A stretch of 64,000 nucleotides of DNA, taken from assembly GCF_001194135.2 (NCBI RefSeq), contig NC_068995.1:49875582-49939581 (forward strand), given 5' to 3'. The position numbers were made by a program, and so were the translations under genes. The notes below the pieces were generated by a model. It was given only the letters and a program-made list of their open reading frames with translations. It made no database searches and was not told the DNA's origin. How positions within the stretch are numbered: the stretch's first letter is position 1; the number at the start of each line of letters is the position of its first letter. The DNA is from Octopus bimaculoides. Its lineage: Eukaryota. Shown piece by piece: positions 52,049 to 63,269 of the stretch.

Positions 52049-52370
52049 GAATGCTTTTAACTAAGACAACAGCCTTCTTGGAACAGGATTTCCTTGCGTT
52101 ATGAGAATTATATATTCATATCAGAGCTGGAATTTAAACTTAGGGGAGAATAAAGAAACTAGTATTTGGTGTGGTTATTGTAAAGGAATAAAAGGTGTGA
52201 GCTTGAGACACTGATTGGATGACCGGCAGCTGTCTTTAAAATTACCATGCCAAATACTAGATTCCTTATTCACTCCTAAGTTTAAATTCCAGTTCTCATA
52301 CAAAAATAGAATTAATATAATACTAGGAAATCCTGTTACAACAAGGTTGCTGTCTTAGTTTAAAGCATTC
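52049..52370. mobile_element. fold-back MITE-like element, ~125-bp arms
   Basis: gaatgcttttaactaagacaac..ggatttcc..ggaatttaaacttagg..actagtatttgg versus reverse complement at ~52243-52370. Confidence 0.7.
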
Positions 52371-52679
52371 GTTTTATATATATATTCAATTGATGTTTGT
52401 GTGTGTGTGTGAGTTATCATTCAATTTATTTCAAGATTTCCTGCCAATAGAGAAAGAACTGGTTTCTAACCAAGACTTCTTCATTGGCATTTCAACATCA
52501 ACAACAGGGTATTTTTGTTTGTATGGTTTGCAATGTTTGCAGTCATGTATGCTTGCCAAGAGCAGGGCTCATTAGTCACCAGCAGAGCTGCAAATGCAAA
52601 ATATAAGTTAATCCTAGAGTGCACAATGTTCCTAAAGGTCAGCAATGGCGTTCCTCAATCATGAGTGGCCGGCCATCAT

Positions 52680-53015
52680 GTATGTATGTATGTATGTGCA
52701 GATTTGTATGTTTTATGTATGTATTCTCATGCATATAGTTGCATATCTAAACATGCTCATATATATTTAAATTATAAACTTCTGGAAAGTTTTACAGTTA
52801 CAGTGATGGATTGGATCTGTAGTCTTCGAATTAGCTTTCTCCATTCTGGTTTTGAGAAGCCTAATTTCTCGAGATTGGTATTTAGGCAGTTTGTTACATA
52901 TCCCAGGGACCCAATAATTACAGGTTCAGCATAGGTGTTCTCTTTTACACTGATCTTCAGCTTTGTGTTAACATCCTCTGGGCAGCTAATTTCCACAACT
53001 GTGCACAGTTCCTCT
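52680..53015 (-). mobile_element. RLE endonuclease C-terminus plus 3'UTR of the same R4/Dong-like family, inverted relative to the RT
   Basis: DKEELCTVVEISCPEDVNTKLKISVKENTY..PVIIGSLG..LEKLGF, frameshifted CKTFQKF; 3'UTR ends in (CATA)n; a similar UTR lies at ~8195-8265. Confidence 0.8.
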
Positions 53016-53179
53016 TTATCCAATATATGTATGTATGTATGAAAAGTATGTATGTGTGCATGTTTATATGCATCTGGGGATTGCGTGTGTACATACATAC
53101 ATGTAGTTAGCCAATGTCCCAGAACCATTGATGAGTGCTCTTGAATGCATGAACAATACTTAGTACACTACTTTGCTCT

Positions 53180-54375
53180 TTAGGGGTGATAAGGAATAAA
53201 TCAAGTCAGATAGCATTCACTATCAAAAAGGCATCTTTCGGGATGATAGCCTGTTGGTTCTGCTGCTTGTCCACTCCTTAAATCCCCTATCATACCTACA
53301 CATGAAACATAGTAGCCATGAAAATGGATCCAGAAGTATCCCCCATCTATTCTTTGTTGATGACCTGAAACTGTGTGGGTCAAATATCAACCACATAAAA
53401 AAGCTATTGGACCTCGTTACCCAATTTTCTACAGATATTGGAACGAAATTTGGTGAGTCCAAATATGCATTTTTGACAATAATGTGTAGAAAAGTTGTAC
53501 CCTCCTGAAAACCTAAAAATAAACAGCTTGACAACACAATCTCTACAGTCAGGTGATAATTGTAGGTATCTTGGACAAAATGAGAATGTTAGATATGATG
53601 GACCCATATATAAGGAGAGGACCAGAAAGGAATACTGCAGGACAGTGAAGAGATTATGGTCATCAGAACTCTCAGCTTACAATTAGCTTATTGCCCACAA
53701 CATCTTTGTCGTACCTGTCTTCACACCTGTGTTTGGCCTTCTGGATTGGTCACTACAAGAACTCAATGAGACAGATGTTCAAGCTCACAAGCTACTCAGT
53801 GTTGCAGGAAACTTCAGCATCAATGGAGATGTAGGCAGGCTATACTTCCCACGCAAGGCAAGTGGTCACGGTCTCGGATCTGTATTAATGTCATATGAGG
53901 CACGTATTGTGACACTGAAACATCTGCAGCAGAGGAAAGAGACCAGTAACCATCATACTGGTTTGTGACCTTGAAATCTATAATGTAATTAGGATAGTCA
54001 ATGAGCTTGAAAGAGTGGTATGAAATAAGAACTGATACAGATCATTCTCCAAAGGGCTTTGGTAAAAATCTATTAAACAGAATACAAAGTGGACCAGTTC
54101 ACTGAGGAGGTAATACATCTGTACTTGGCATGTAAAACAAACTGTAGAACGGATTGATCATGTCAAAGGTTTGGCATGGAGTACTGGACAAGTTTATGAC
54201 ATCCCAATTTGAAGGCCACCTCCATGCAATTCAAGAACAAGTGATCCTCACCAAGTATCTGCAACATAAGAGGCAGAAAACATTGACAAAACAACAAGTG
54301 TAGGTTATGCAAGACCAAGACATCAGCCTCATTATTACCAACTTTGAGAGAATGTCTTTCAGATATTATCTTTCC
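53180..54375 (+). mobile_element. R4/Dong-like (RLE-type) non-LTR retrotransposon, RT to zinc knuckle
   Basis: GIFRDDSL..LNPLSYL; HLFFVDDLKL; FSTDIGTKFGESK; RYLG; RLYFPRKASGHGL; TSQFEGHLHAIQEQVILTKYL; KCRLCK..RYYL; multiple stops and frameshifts. Confidence 0.85.
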
Positions 54376-55299
54376 ATGTGTGTGTGTGTGTGTATTTGTC
54401 GTCCCCCCTATCTCCAATCACTGCTTGATAGCTGGTGTTGGTGTGTTTATGTACCCGTAACTTAACAATTCAGCAAAGGAGACCAATAGAATAAATACTA
54501 GGCTTACAAAGAGTAAGTCCTGGGGGTCGATTTGCCTGCCTTATACTCCCATAAATACGATAAAGCTAGTAAAAAAGAAAGCCTTTAGCCTCTCGTTGCC
54601 ACTAATTAAGTTGAAAAAAAAAAAAATCTAGATCCATCGTCTCTTGCCGCTAATAAATCTATAACATTTCCATCCTCTATCACTTAAATATTAATTCTTT
54701 TTTGGAACAGGCACTCTTCGGCGTTTTGTATCGAAAAGAGGTTTCAGTTCAATATTTTACATGCTTATATGTATAGCTTTATGCGCTTCGAGATTCACTA
54801 TTCCCCACCACCACCTCACAAAAATGAAAAAGAAACATTTCACGTTCTCTCGAAAATTTATGAATCCTTCTGATATCAACTTCAATTTTAATTAATATGA
54901 AGGGGGGAGAAACGAATAACCTCAATTACTTCGTCACTAATTAATCTAAAAAAGAAAATCTCATAATCTATGCCACTTTGCTGCTAACATATAATCGGTG
55001 TAACTAATTAATTTGAAAAATAAAACCTGTTGTCTCTGAGAGATAAAGTCTATTTAATTTCATGCTTGTGTTTGATTGTTATAGTTATTTTATGAACGCC
55101 TGAAATATGAAAAATAAAGTTATACTTTGTGGAATTTGCAATTAGTATTCAGTAAAGTTAGATAACTCTGGACTACATTACTCCAGTTATCCCCCTTAAA
55201 AGTCTGAAATTATTTGCTGTTCTTAGATTCAATTCACGTAGAGAGCCAAGACAGGCGAAGGTATTAAATTAATATCGCAATTTTGTTCTGTTTTTGCAG

Positions 55300-55518
55300 G
55301 CTAGTGATGTGGTACCTTTCATACTCGACAGTAAATTGTACTCCCATGTGTTAAAGAGGATTGTTGGAATGGTAGCTGCCGCAGAATCCGTTCTCGATGA
55401 AACTGATCCCGATTTTGCCGAAGCTATTCTAGATGCAACTTATGGAATTCTCTTAAAAGGCCAGAAAAAGCTACTATATGACGAAGTGTTTGGGTTACAC
55501 GTTGTGGACTCTCCCTGA
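55300..55518 (+). CDS. orphan terminal coding exon, unknown product
   Basis: Strong acceptor ttttgttctgtttttgcag; ASDVVPFILDSKLYSHVLKRIVGMVAAAESVLDETDPDFAEAILDATYGILLKGQKKLLYDEVFGLHVVDSP*; composition resembles a globular helical protein. Confidence 0.65.
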   Translation, partial: ASDVVPFILDSKLYSHVLKRIVGMVAAAESVLDETDPDFAEAILDATYGILLKGQKKLLYDEVFGLHVVDSP

Positions 55519-57253
55519 GTCGATTCGTCGCCTATAAAACACGAGGACTCGCCATTTCCTGTCCAGTTAGCAAGCCTGGATACAGTTTATGCCATGTCCG
55601 TAATCCCCATCTGTAATTAACATGTTAATTACCACTAATTATGTGTACATTCAGTGAGTTTTCTTTTTTCCACAACTCATCTATTACACATTTGCCTAAA
55701 TTCTACAGATTTAGCATAATGTTCTAAATACTGTAGCACCATGATTTTACTGGTGATATATAATGGTTGAGTTTTTTTTTTTTTTCTTTCAAGAATTTAG
55801 AGAAATTCCTTGGTGTTCCTAGCAATACTAATAAAAGAATTGTAACTACAGTAAAGTATTTTTCTTCTGACCGCAAACCTCACACTTGCTGTGCACAAGT
55901 ACGGCCAGAACAGTAATATTTCAGAATTCCTCTTAGATTATTCTATGTTTAAAACTATGTAATTCCCTTCAATATGCTACTGTAATATATCACGTTTATG
56001 GAATACATATATACATACATACATCACACACATATACGTGTGTGTGTGTGTGTGTATATATATAATACATACATACATCTATGTATGTATGTAAGGTACG
56101 TGAGGAAGTACATTGTGACCAGCGTTGTATAACAACATCCTATAGTCTGGCCGATACAGTTATACAGTGATATATTTATATGTGTGTGTGTATGTGTATT
56201 TGCTATATCATAAATGACCAGAGTAATATGGCACAGGTGAATAAATATGAGTGACATAGTACCTGTGAATACCCACAGTATCACTTAGACCACTTGTGAC
56301 TTGGTCTACCTTGTCCCAATACCAGTGGCCAACCTTCAGTGTCACACTACTAGCAACCATCTGCAGCATGTGACAATACTAGTGGCTTGCTCACATTGTC
56401 ACACCACCATTCAATAGACAGATGAGTGACTAGATCTAGACAGCCATAGCACTAGTGACTGAAGCTAACAATGTAACAGCACCCGTAACTTGATCTACAT
56501 GTCACAATGAATCAGTGACAGTAAAGTACTATTTTCTAAACAGTTGTGACATTGAGAAGATGTTGTTACCAAAATTCTTATGTTCTTCAACTAATTTCAG
56601 CTATTATTTTACCCATTAGTTCAAAGGAATTTTAAATGGATTAGATACAGCAATAAAATGAAATACAAATTAAAATAACAGTGATTTAATTCATATGAAG
56701 CCAGATTTATTCAAATTCATAGTTTTGTGTTAAATAAAAGTTAATAAAATGAAATTATAAAAATAATGTTCAATTCTCCGACTTATTTTGTTTTACGTGT
56801 TATAAATTCTGAATTCAAAATTTTCTTTACTATAATTAAGATAATGAAGAAAAGTGGAATAAAGAAATAGTTGAGAGCTTCTATACAAATGCTATGTTTA
56901 ACATTGCATTTTTGCTTATATTTCAAATAATTTGCTTTGTGTTATTCATCTTTAATAGCCTGAAAGACGGAAGTGGTAATAGGTGAGTTTTAAGAAAGAT
57001 CAAACTAGTCACTTTGCTTCTCATTCGAACTTGCTGAAGGGTGTTGTGACTAACTCATAGGTCCTATTTTCATTCAAATCAGTTGGAATTCTACTCTACA
57101 GTGTTGGTCAGCTGGAACTCCTTACAACAGAACTGACCATCTAAATTGTTGAAGACAGAAAAACAAGGAGAAAAAACAAAATGATTTCCATTCATCTCTG
57201 AAACACACCTTAGATAAAAAAAATGAAAAAGGCAAAAGTCTTGCTCTGCTGTT

Positions 57254-57259
57254 TTTATT
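57254..57259 (-). promoter_or_regulatory. candidate polyadenylation signal AATAAA of the SDR gene
   Basis: Plus-strand tttatt, i.e. AATAAA on the minus strand, 1 nt after the stop codon; use unverified. Confidence 0.4.
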
Positions 57260-57260
57260 G

Positions 57261-57443
57261 TTAATATGAGACTTCTGAATATATAGCTTGTGGACATGTG
57301 ATTTGTCTGCCACCATCAATGGGAAACAAGGCTCCTGTGATGAAGGAACTGGCATCAGAAGCTAAGAATGCAATTGCCTTAGCAACATCATCGACTTCTC
57401 CTGCACGTCCAAGAACGTGGGTTCTTTTGGCTTTCTCTAGATG
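57261..57443 (-). CDS. SDR terminal exon
   Basis: ttgcag acceptor; HLEKAKRTHVLGRAGEVDDVAKAIAFLASDASSFITGALFPIDGGRQITCPQAIYSEVSY* contains the typical SDR C-terminal GRxG...FL.S...ITG...DGG. Confidence 0.93.
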   Translation of the reverse strand, partial: HLEKAKRTHVLGRAGEVDDVAKAIAFLASDASSFITGALFPIDGGRQITCPQAIYSEVSY

Positions 57444-58233
57444 CTGCAAAGATACAGGGTCATTATGAAAATGTTGACTGATAGAAGATCAATTCATACC
57501 GGTGTGAATACACACACACACACACACACACACAAATACATTTGTAAGACCAAAACACAGTTATGTTGTCAATACACAGAAACACAGTTTTAAAATTGTC
57601 ACATCTATGAAAGTAAATATATTTATGCTTTGTGTTGTGTAACTGATTTTCAAGAGTTGTGTAATATACAGCTTGCCTAGTAAATTACATTGAATAGATC
57701 TGAGACACACATCATCATCATTTAACATCTGTTTTCCATGCTGGCATGGGTTGGATGGTTTCACCAGAGCTAGTAAGGCCAGGGGTCACACCAGGCTCCA
57801 TTGTCTGTTCTGGCATGGTTTCTATGGCTGGATGCCCTTCCTAATGCCAACCACTCCATACTATGTACTGGGTGCTTTTAACATGACACCTGCACCAGTA
57901 TCAATTCTGCCGTGGTGGACGAGTCTTCTTGAGTACAGTAAGGCCCTAGATACCTCAGTTCTTAGTCATCTCCTTTGTAAGGTTCAGTATCTTGAGATTG
58001 GCCTTAAATACTTCCTCCTATGTCTTCCTGGGTCTCGCTCTCCCACAAGTTTCATCCACTTTAAGTGATCAGCATTTCTGTATACAACTGTCTTGTCTAA
58101 ATAACTTACTTAAAATAATTTTGAAAACCAAAAGTTATTTAGAGTAATAAACACAGAATTTTCATATCTTTGATAATCTGTGAGAAACATAAGAAATCTC
58201 AAGTAAACAAGAAAAGAAAACACTCAACCTTAC

Positions 58234-58297
58234 CTGAGCATAAACTTCTTCACTCATGCCTGTTCTTTTGTGTATTTCAGTGACAACAAACCCAGGA
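58234..58297 (-). CDS. SDR exon
   Basis: tttcag/gtaagg boundaries, 64 nt, (N)PGFVVTEIHKRTGMSEEVYAQ. Confidence 0.92.
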
Positions 58298-59078
58298 CTG
58301 AAACATTATTTGGAAGAACAAACCATTTAGTTGAAGAGGCAATATTAAATCTGTATTGTGAGGGACATGGGTGGTCAACATGACCAAGTGAATAGTCTCA
58401 TGCCATGACCATAATCAATGTATTTTAACTCTGGCTGGTTCAGATCCACAACGCTAAAATAGGTTCAATGATTAGGAACAACTTGTTTCAATGTGCAACG
58501 ACAGCATTATTGTTTCATTAGGTTGTTGCACTAAGTTTAACACTTGTGCTGTGCCCGCTAACGCATAGGCATATAGGGTAGTTCCCTTGAGGCCTCATGG
58601 GTCTAGGGGCCCAATTCTTATCTCTGCATGTTGTAGCTTACTGTTTATAAATAAACACTACTAATATTGATTCTTTTCTTCACCACATTTATTTCTAGTT
58701 AGCATTTATAAAGTTCCCTAGAAATTTGAACACTAACTTGATTAACTGAAGATGATATATTAAAAATATTGGTATCTTTAGTAATTCATTTTGATATTTA
58801 ATAAACAAAGTCTTGCTTTACAGTTGGACTCTGCAGTGAGACCACATGGCTTTGTGATAGCTTGGTATAAGAATCAAATTGATGAGTTTTATCTTAAGAG
58901 TCATCAGGATTCACTTTTATAAATGCCAAAAGATAACATCAAAAAGCTACTTATTAAAATCTAAGCAACAGTACACACAGCACAACTCATTTACATAATG
59001 GTACAAGAATTACTTATTCTACAAAATGGTATAAATATCTGAACATTAACAGAACTAATGTGAAAATATGAGACTTAC

Positions 59079-59115
59079 TTGACACTGTTTACACGCACTT
59101 TCTTCGATGCCAACT
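59079..59115 (-). CDS. SDR exon
   Basis: ttgcag/gtaagt boundaries, 37 nt, (E)LASKKVRVNSV(N). Confidence 0.92.
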
Positions 59116-59292
59116 CTGCAAAACATAGAGAAAGATGAAAAATACTAAGATACATCACAAAATAACAAGATACAACAATGGCTGGAACGCTTAATCACAG
59201 GCCTGCTTGACCAGGGTCAAAACAACACAGAACTGAAAATAAAATAAAATTGAAAAACATTTTAAAGAAATGAGGAAAAAACATCAACATAC

Positions 59293-59362
59293 CAAGAGCT
59301 ACAGTACAGGTGAATTGATCCAAAGCACTTTTAGACATGTCGTATGCTAGAGCTCCAGGGAA
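59293..59362 (-). CDS. SDR exon (YxxxK active site)
   Basis: tttcag/gtatg boundaries, 70 nt, FPGALAYDMSKSALDQFTCTVAL; YDMSK is the catalytic YxxxK. Confidence 0.93.
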
Positions 59363-59421
59363 CTGAAATAAAAATGGTAAACTGAATTGAATAGGAAGAC
59401 TTTGTCATAAATTCACAATAA

Positions 59422-59628
59422 CCCTTTAGCATTTAAACTTGCCATATCTGACCCAAATTTTCTATTTTATGTTTGAACCAGCCTGATTTGGTCTTTCACA
59501 CCTAACCTACAATGTTATTCTGAAAATAATCTCATCACTGAAATCTCAAAGCTATGAGATAATGCATGATTAATTCAAAACAATGAATAAACAAACATAT
59601 TTCACAGAGTAATCTGAGTGCTAAAGGG
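59422..59628. mobile_element. piggyBac-like MITE in an SDR intron
   Basis: TIR CCCTTTAGCA / TGCTAAAGGG flanked by ATAA (left) and TTAA (right). Confidence 0.7.
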
Positions 59629-59839
59629 TTAAAAATGGTAAAGACCCCACTTCGGTCATGAATGACCATGGGATTGCACCTAGAAAGTTCCCTTCTCAGG
59701 TACAAGTTCGCACATGCATACCAGCCTCTCCTCTCCATGCCACCAATGTTATCCAAGAACTGGATTAAGTTAGTGTGAAGTTTGCTGCATATACATTATT
59801 TACATTCGACGGATATTTGTCCTCATCTTGTTTGTTGTT

Positions 59840-59885
59840 AACACAACGTTTCGGCTGATATACCCTCCAGCCTTCATGAGGTGTC
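59840..59885 (-). ncRNA. minimal type-I hammerhead motif (G5C, probably inactive) in a Penelope-like tail
   Basis: GACAC-CUCAUGA-A-GGCUG(GAGGGUAUAU)CAGCC-GAA-ACGU-U-GUGUU. Confidence 0.7.
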
Positions 59886-60078
59886 TTGGGGAAATTTCGA
59901 ACCTGGGTTCTCATTCCTAAGGTATTTTTCCATGTTATAATTTTGAACTTCAGTAGAATACACATCTAGCAGCCCAGAGGTGACTGGCATGTATCTTCTC
60001 TTTGTATCTGCCATACAATCGTTTTTCTAAACAGCACCATTATAGAAAGAAAGAAAAACTATTCTAAAAATGACTTAC

Positions 60079-60172
60079 AGCTCTTAGGCCACATATACTG
60101 GAGACATTCACTATAGATCCTTGGGTTGCTATCAAATGAGGCACCGCTAACATAGTCAACTGATAAACAGAC
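60079..60172 (-). CDS. SDR exon (catalytic Ser region)
   Basis: ctctag/gtaagt boundaries, 94 nt, SVYQLTMLAVPHLIATQGSIVNVSSICGLRA. Confidence 0.93.
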
Positions 60173-60286
60173 CTAGAGGAAGAAATTTAGTCATCATCAG
60201 CATCATCATCATAACCATCATCGTTTTAACATCTACTTTTTTTATGCTTTCATAGATGAAGTATGACAGACATATATATATATAAA

Positions 60287-60471
60287 AATTTAGGACAATC
60301 AGTAAGTTGTCATTATAGTACTCGGAGTTTCAAATGCCAGAGCAAAGAGCTACAATGCATTCTCATCAGCTATTAATGCCATTAACAGCCAACAAGAATG
60401 CATCATAGCTCTTTGCACCAACATTTGAAACTCTGAGTATTATAATGACAACTTACTGTTTGTCCTAAATT
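60287..60471. repeat. fold-back element, 92-bp arms, 1-nt spacer, in an SDR intron
   Basis: Arms 60287-60378 and 60380-60471, 14 differences, no indels. Confidence 0.9.
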
Positions 60472-60605
60472 ATACATATATAAATATTTACCTAATATTG
60501 AGGTCTCATTCTTTTGTTGTCACTTATTATTATTATTATTATTATATATACATACAACAGGCTTCTGCACCTGTAATGATTAACTTCTAATTAAAAATTT
60601 CATAC

Positions 60606-60691
60606 CGCACATTAACGTTAAAGATTTCATCAAACTGCTTCAAGCTGCTGGTTTCAATACTTCCATGTGCTAAAATTCCGGCACAGTTCAC
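60606..60691 (-). CDS. SDR exon (NxAG motif)
   Basis: caacag/gtatg boundaries, 86 nt, VNCAGILAHGSIETSSLKQFDEIFNVNV(R). Confidence 0.93.
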
Positions 60692-61656
60692 CTGTTGATG
60701 CCATACAAAAGAAAAATATGGTTTCTAAAGTTTATCTACAAGAAATAATGCATTATGTGGAGGAAAATAAGGGTTGAAAGGACAAAATAATGGTACCAAG
60801 AAAATGGTAAAAATAGTTAAGGTAATGTTAGTTTATCCTTTCAGAATCATATTTCTAATGAGACAGTCCATATTTAAATTCATTTTGAAACAAATAGAAA
60901 ACAAAATATTGATGATTAAATTTAAGCAATTTAGAAGGATTAGGTAAAATTTTATCATTAATTAAAATGATGCCTGGAACACTGTCGCCGCCGCCAGCAG
61001 TGGCGTCATTTAGCGTCTGGCTGCCAAGCTGGCATAGTTTGACAGGGGCTGACCAATCAGAAAACTACATCATGCTCCAGTGTCTACTTTGGCAGAGTTT
61101 CTGCAGCTGGATGTCTTTCCCAATGCCAACCACTTTATAGAATGTACTGGGTGCTTTTTTTTCCATGGCACCAACACAAGTGAAGACTGCCTTATAATTT
61201 GCAAGGTTGAGGGCCTAAATTGGCCCCTATAACTTAGGAAGGACAGAAGAGAGAGTAGGTAATGATTTTAGGTGGAGAGACAAGGGATGATAAGTAAACG
61301 AAGATAGGGGAATATGACAGGGAATGGGGGACAAAGAAGGGATTAGTGACAGGGTTGAGAACAAATGGGAGGGGATAAAGCTGAAAAAGTGATAGGGTGG
61401 GTTGCGTACAGAGTTGGGAGTAGGGCTGTCTAATAATATAAGGGATGAGTGTGAATAGAAGGCATGAGGGAAATGGAACAAAGGAAAGGCAATAATTTTG
61501 GGATGGAAGTTTTGAATATGTGAATATTTTAAAATAAAAGGGGCTGAAATTAAAACCAGTTGTCTCAGGTGAGTTGGTATAGAAAGGGTTAAAGATAAGG
61601 AGTGGAAATGAGAAACACTAGAAATTGCAGCAGATTTAAGAAACAAATATATTTAC

Positions 61657-61749
61657 CAAAATGTTTAGTTTTCCAAAATGAGAAATGGTTTTCTCCATCA
61701 CAGTTTTCACATCATCTTCCTTTGAAAGGTCAGCCACAACCATTAATGG
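61657..61749 (-). CDS. SDR exon
   Basis: tttcag/gtaaat boundaries, 93 nt, PLMVVADLSKEDDVKTVMEKTISHFGKLNIL; phases match both neighbours. Confidence 0.93.
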
Positions 61750-62155
61750 CTGAAATAAGAAATAGTTTTCATCAAATAGCATCAATTTAAACAGACCACA
61801 GATGGGGAACCCTATCATTTCTTGGGTTTGGAGTCTGTATTAAAAATTTCATTTGCATGCAGTTTAACAAAAACAGTTATTTAGTCCCAGGAAGGCAATG
61901 GAAAGTAGAAATAGAAACAATGAAGGGCAATGGATGTTTAATTAGTAGAGTGGCAGGCATTTTGCCTTGTAATATATATATATATATAAACCAATTGGTA
62001 AGATCAGGTGTAATGGATATATAATACAGTACACTTTCNNNNNNNNNNNNNNNNNNNNNNNNNNNNNNNNNNNNNNNNNNNNNNNNTATATATATATATA
62101 TATATATATTAATATATTAATGAAAGTGTAACGTATTATATACCCATTACAGCTG

Positions 62156-62238
62156 ATCTTACCAATTGGTTTCACACTAGGGGTTCAACAGAGTGATAGA
62201 TAACAGTCTGGTTATGTAACCCTGCACTCATCAGAGGT
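62156..62238 (-). ncRNA. hammerhead motif with intact core and weak stem I
   Basis: ACCU-CUGAUGA-GUGCAGGG...CCCUAGUGU-GAA-ACCAAUUGGU-A-AGAU; 10-nt palindromic stem III, GUA triplet. Confidence 0.55.
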
Positions 62239-62590
62239 AGCCATCATGATATTTAGATATACATACATGTATGTGTATATGTATGCATGTATGTATATGC
62301 TGATGACCTTGTGATGAAGATATTCCTCAGCAGCTTGAAGAAATATTGAGAAATCTTAGGTCCAAGTTTGCATTTCTGTTTACCTACATATGTATGTGTA
62401 TGAGTGTGTGTGTATGTATCTATGTATGTATGTAATCAGACTGTATACATTAACATGATGGTATACTGTGTTAGGGTTTTCCTACCACTAAAACAACAAT
62501 AAACGTATCAGTGTATCTATCTGCATAATCATATGCATGCAGAAGTCAGGCATGCACATCTACATGCATCTACACATGTAATTGTTTTAC

Positions 62591-62721
62591 CTGGCAGCCA
62601 TTTTTTTCGCATTCATCTGCTGTTTTCTTCAAGTTCTCTTCTTTCCTGCCAGTAATAGCCAACTTTGCACCAAGTTTACTAAACAACACTGCAGTACCTG
62701 CACCAATACCAGAACTGGCAC
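62591..62721 (-). CDS. SDR (FabG-like classical short-chain dehydrogenase/reductase), first exon visible in window
   Basis: Acceptor ttgttcag and donor gtaaaa; encodes (G)ASSGIGAGTAVLFSKLGAKLAITGRKEENLKKTADECEKNGCQ with the TGxxxGIG Rossmann motif. It starts in phase 1, so the ATG exon lies beyond 64000 (none found in 62722-64000). Confidence 0.93.
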
Positions 62722-63269
62722 CTGAACAAAGAAATAATACATTAAGCTATGTTATACTCATAGTCAAAGAGTTACATTTCACACACACACACTATAGGAT
62801 GCACTGTAACAGGATAGTCTTCTCCAAATTCAAACATAGAAAGACTAAGTTTGAAAGTCATACCTGCTGGTGAATAATATTATCGTATTTGATAATGTTG
62901 ACAGCAATAAGAAAGAGGAACAGAAAAAGTAGGTGGTTAGAATGAAATTAGTGTAACAGATAATTAGAGATGGGGATTGTGTTGGCTGCAGTGAACAGTG
63001 GCGGACTGGCCAGGTTGCCAGCTTGCCCAATGGCAAGTGGGCTCCTATGTTATTAGAATCCATACATGGGGGCCCATGTTAATATCCAACGGGCCCATCT
63101 ACTCAAGTTTGAGAATCTTTATTCACTCCTGGAAGAATGCATTGATTATTTCAGGCTGGTTGAAAAAAATACTTTTAACAAAAAAAAAAAAAAAAAAAAA
63201 AAATTAAATGATAGCGTTGTAGTTGTGGGTGGGCCCCCTTGTAGTAGCAGATGGGCCCCCTTAGTATAT

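Noticed and set aside
52152-52170. GAAACUAGUA palindromic stem III
   Set aside because: No upstream core or stem II; lies in a MITE arm.
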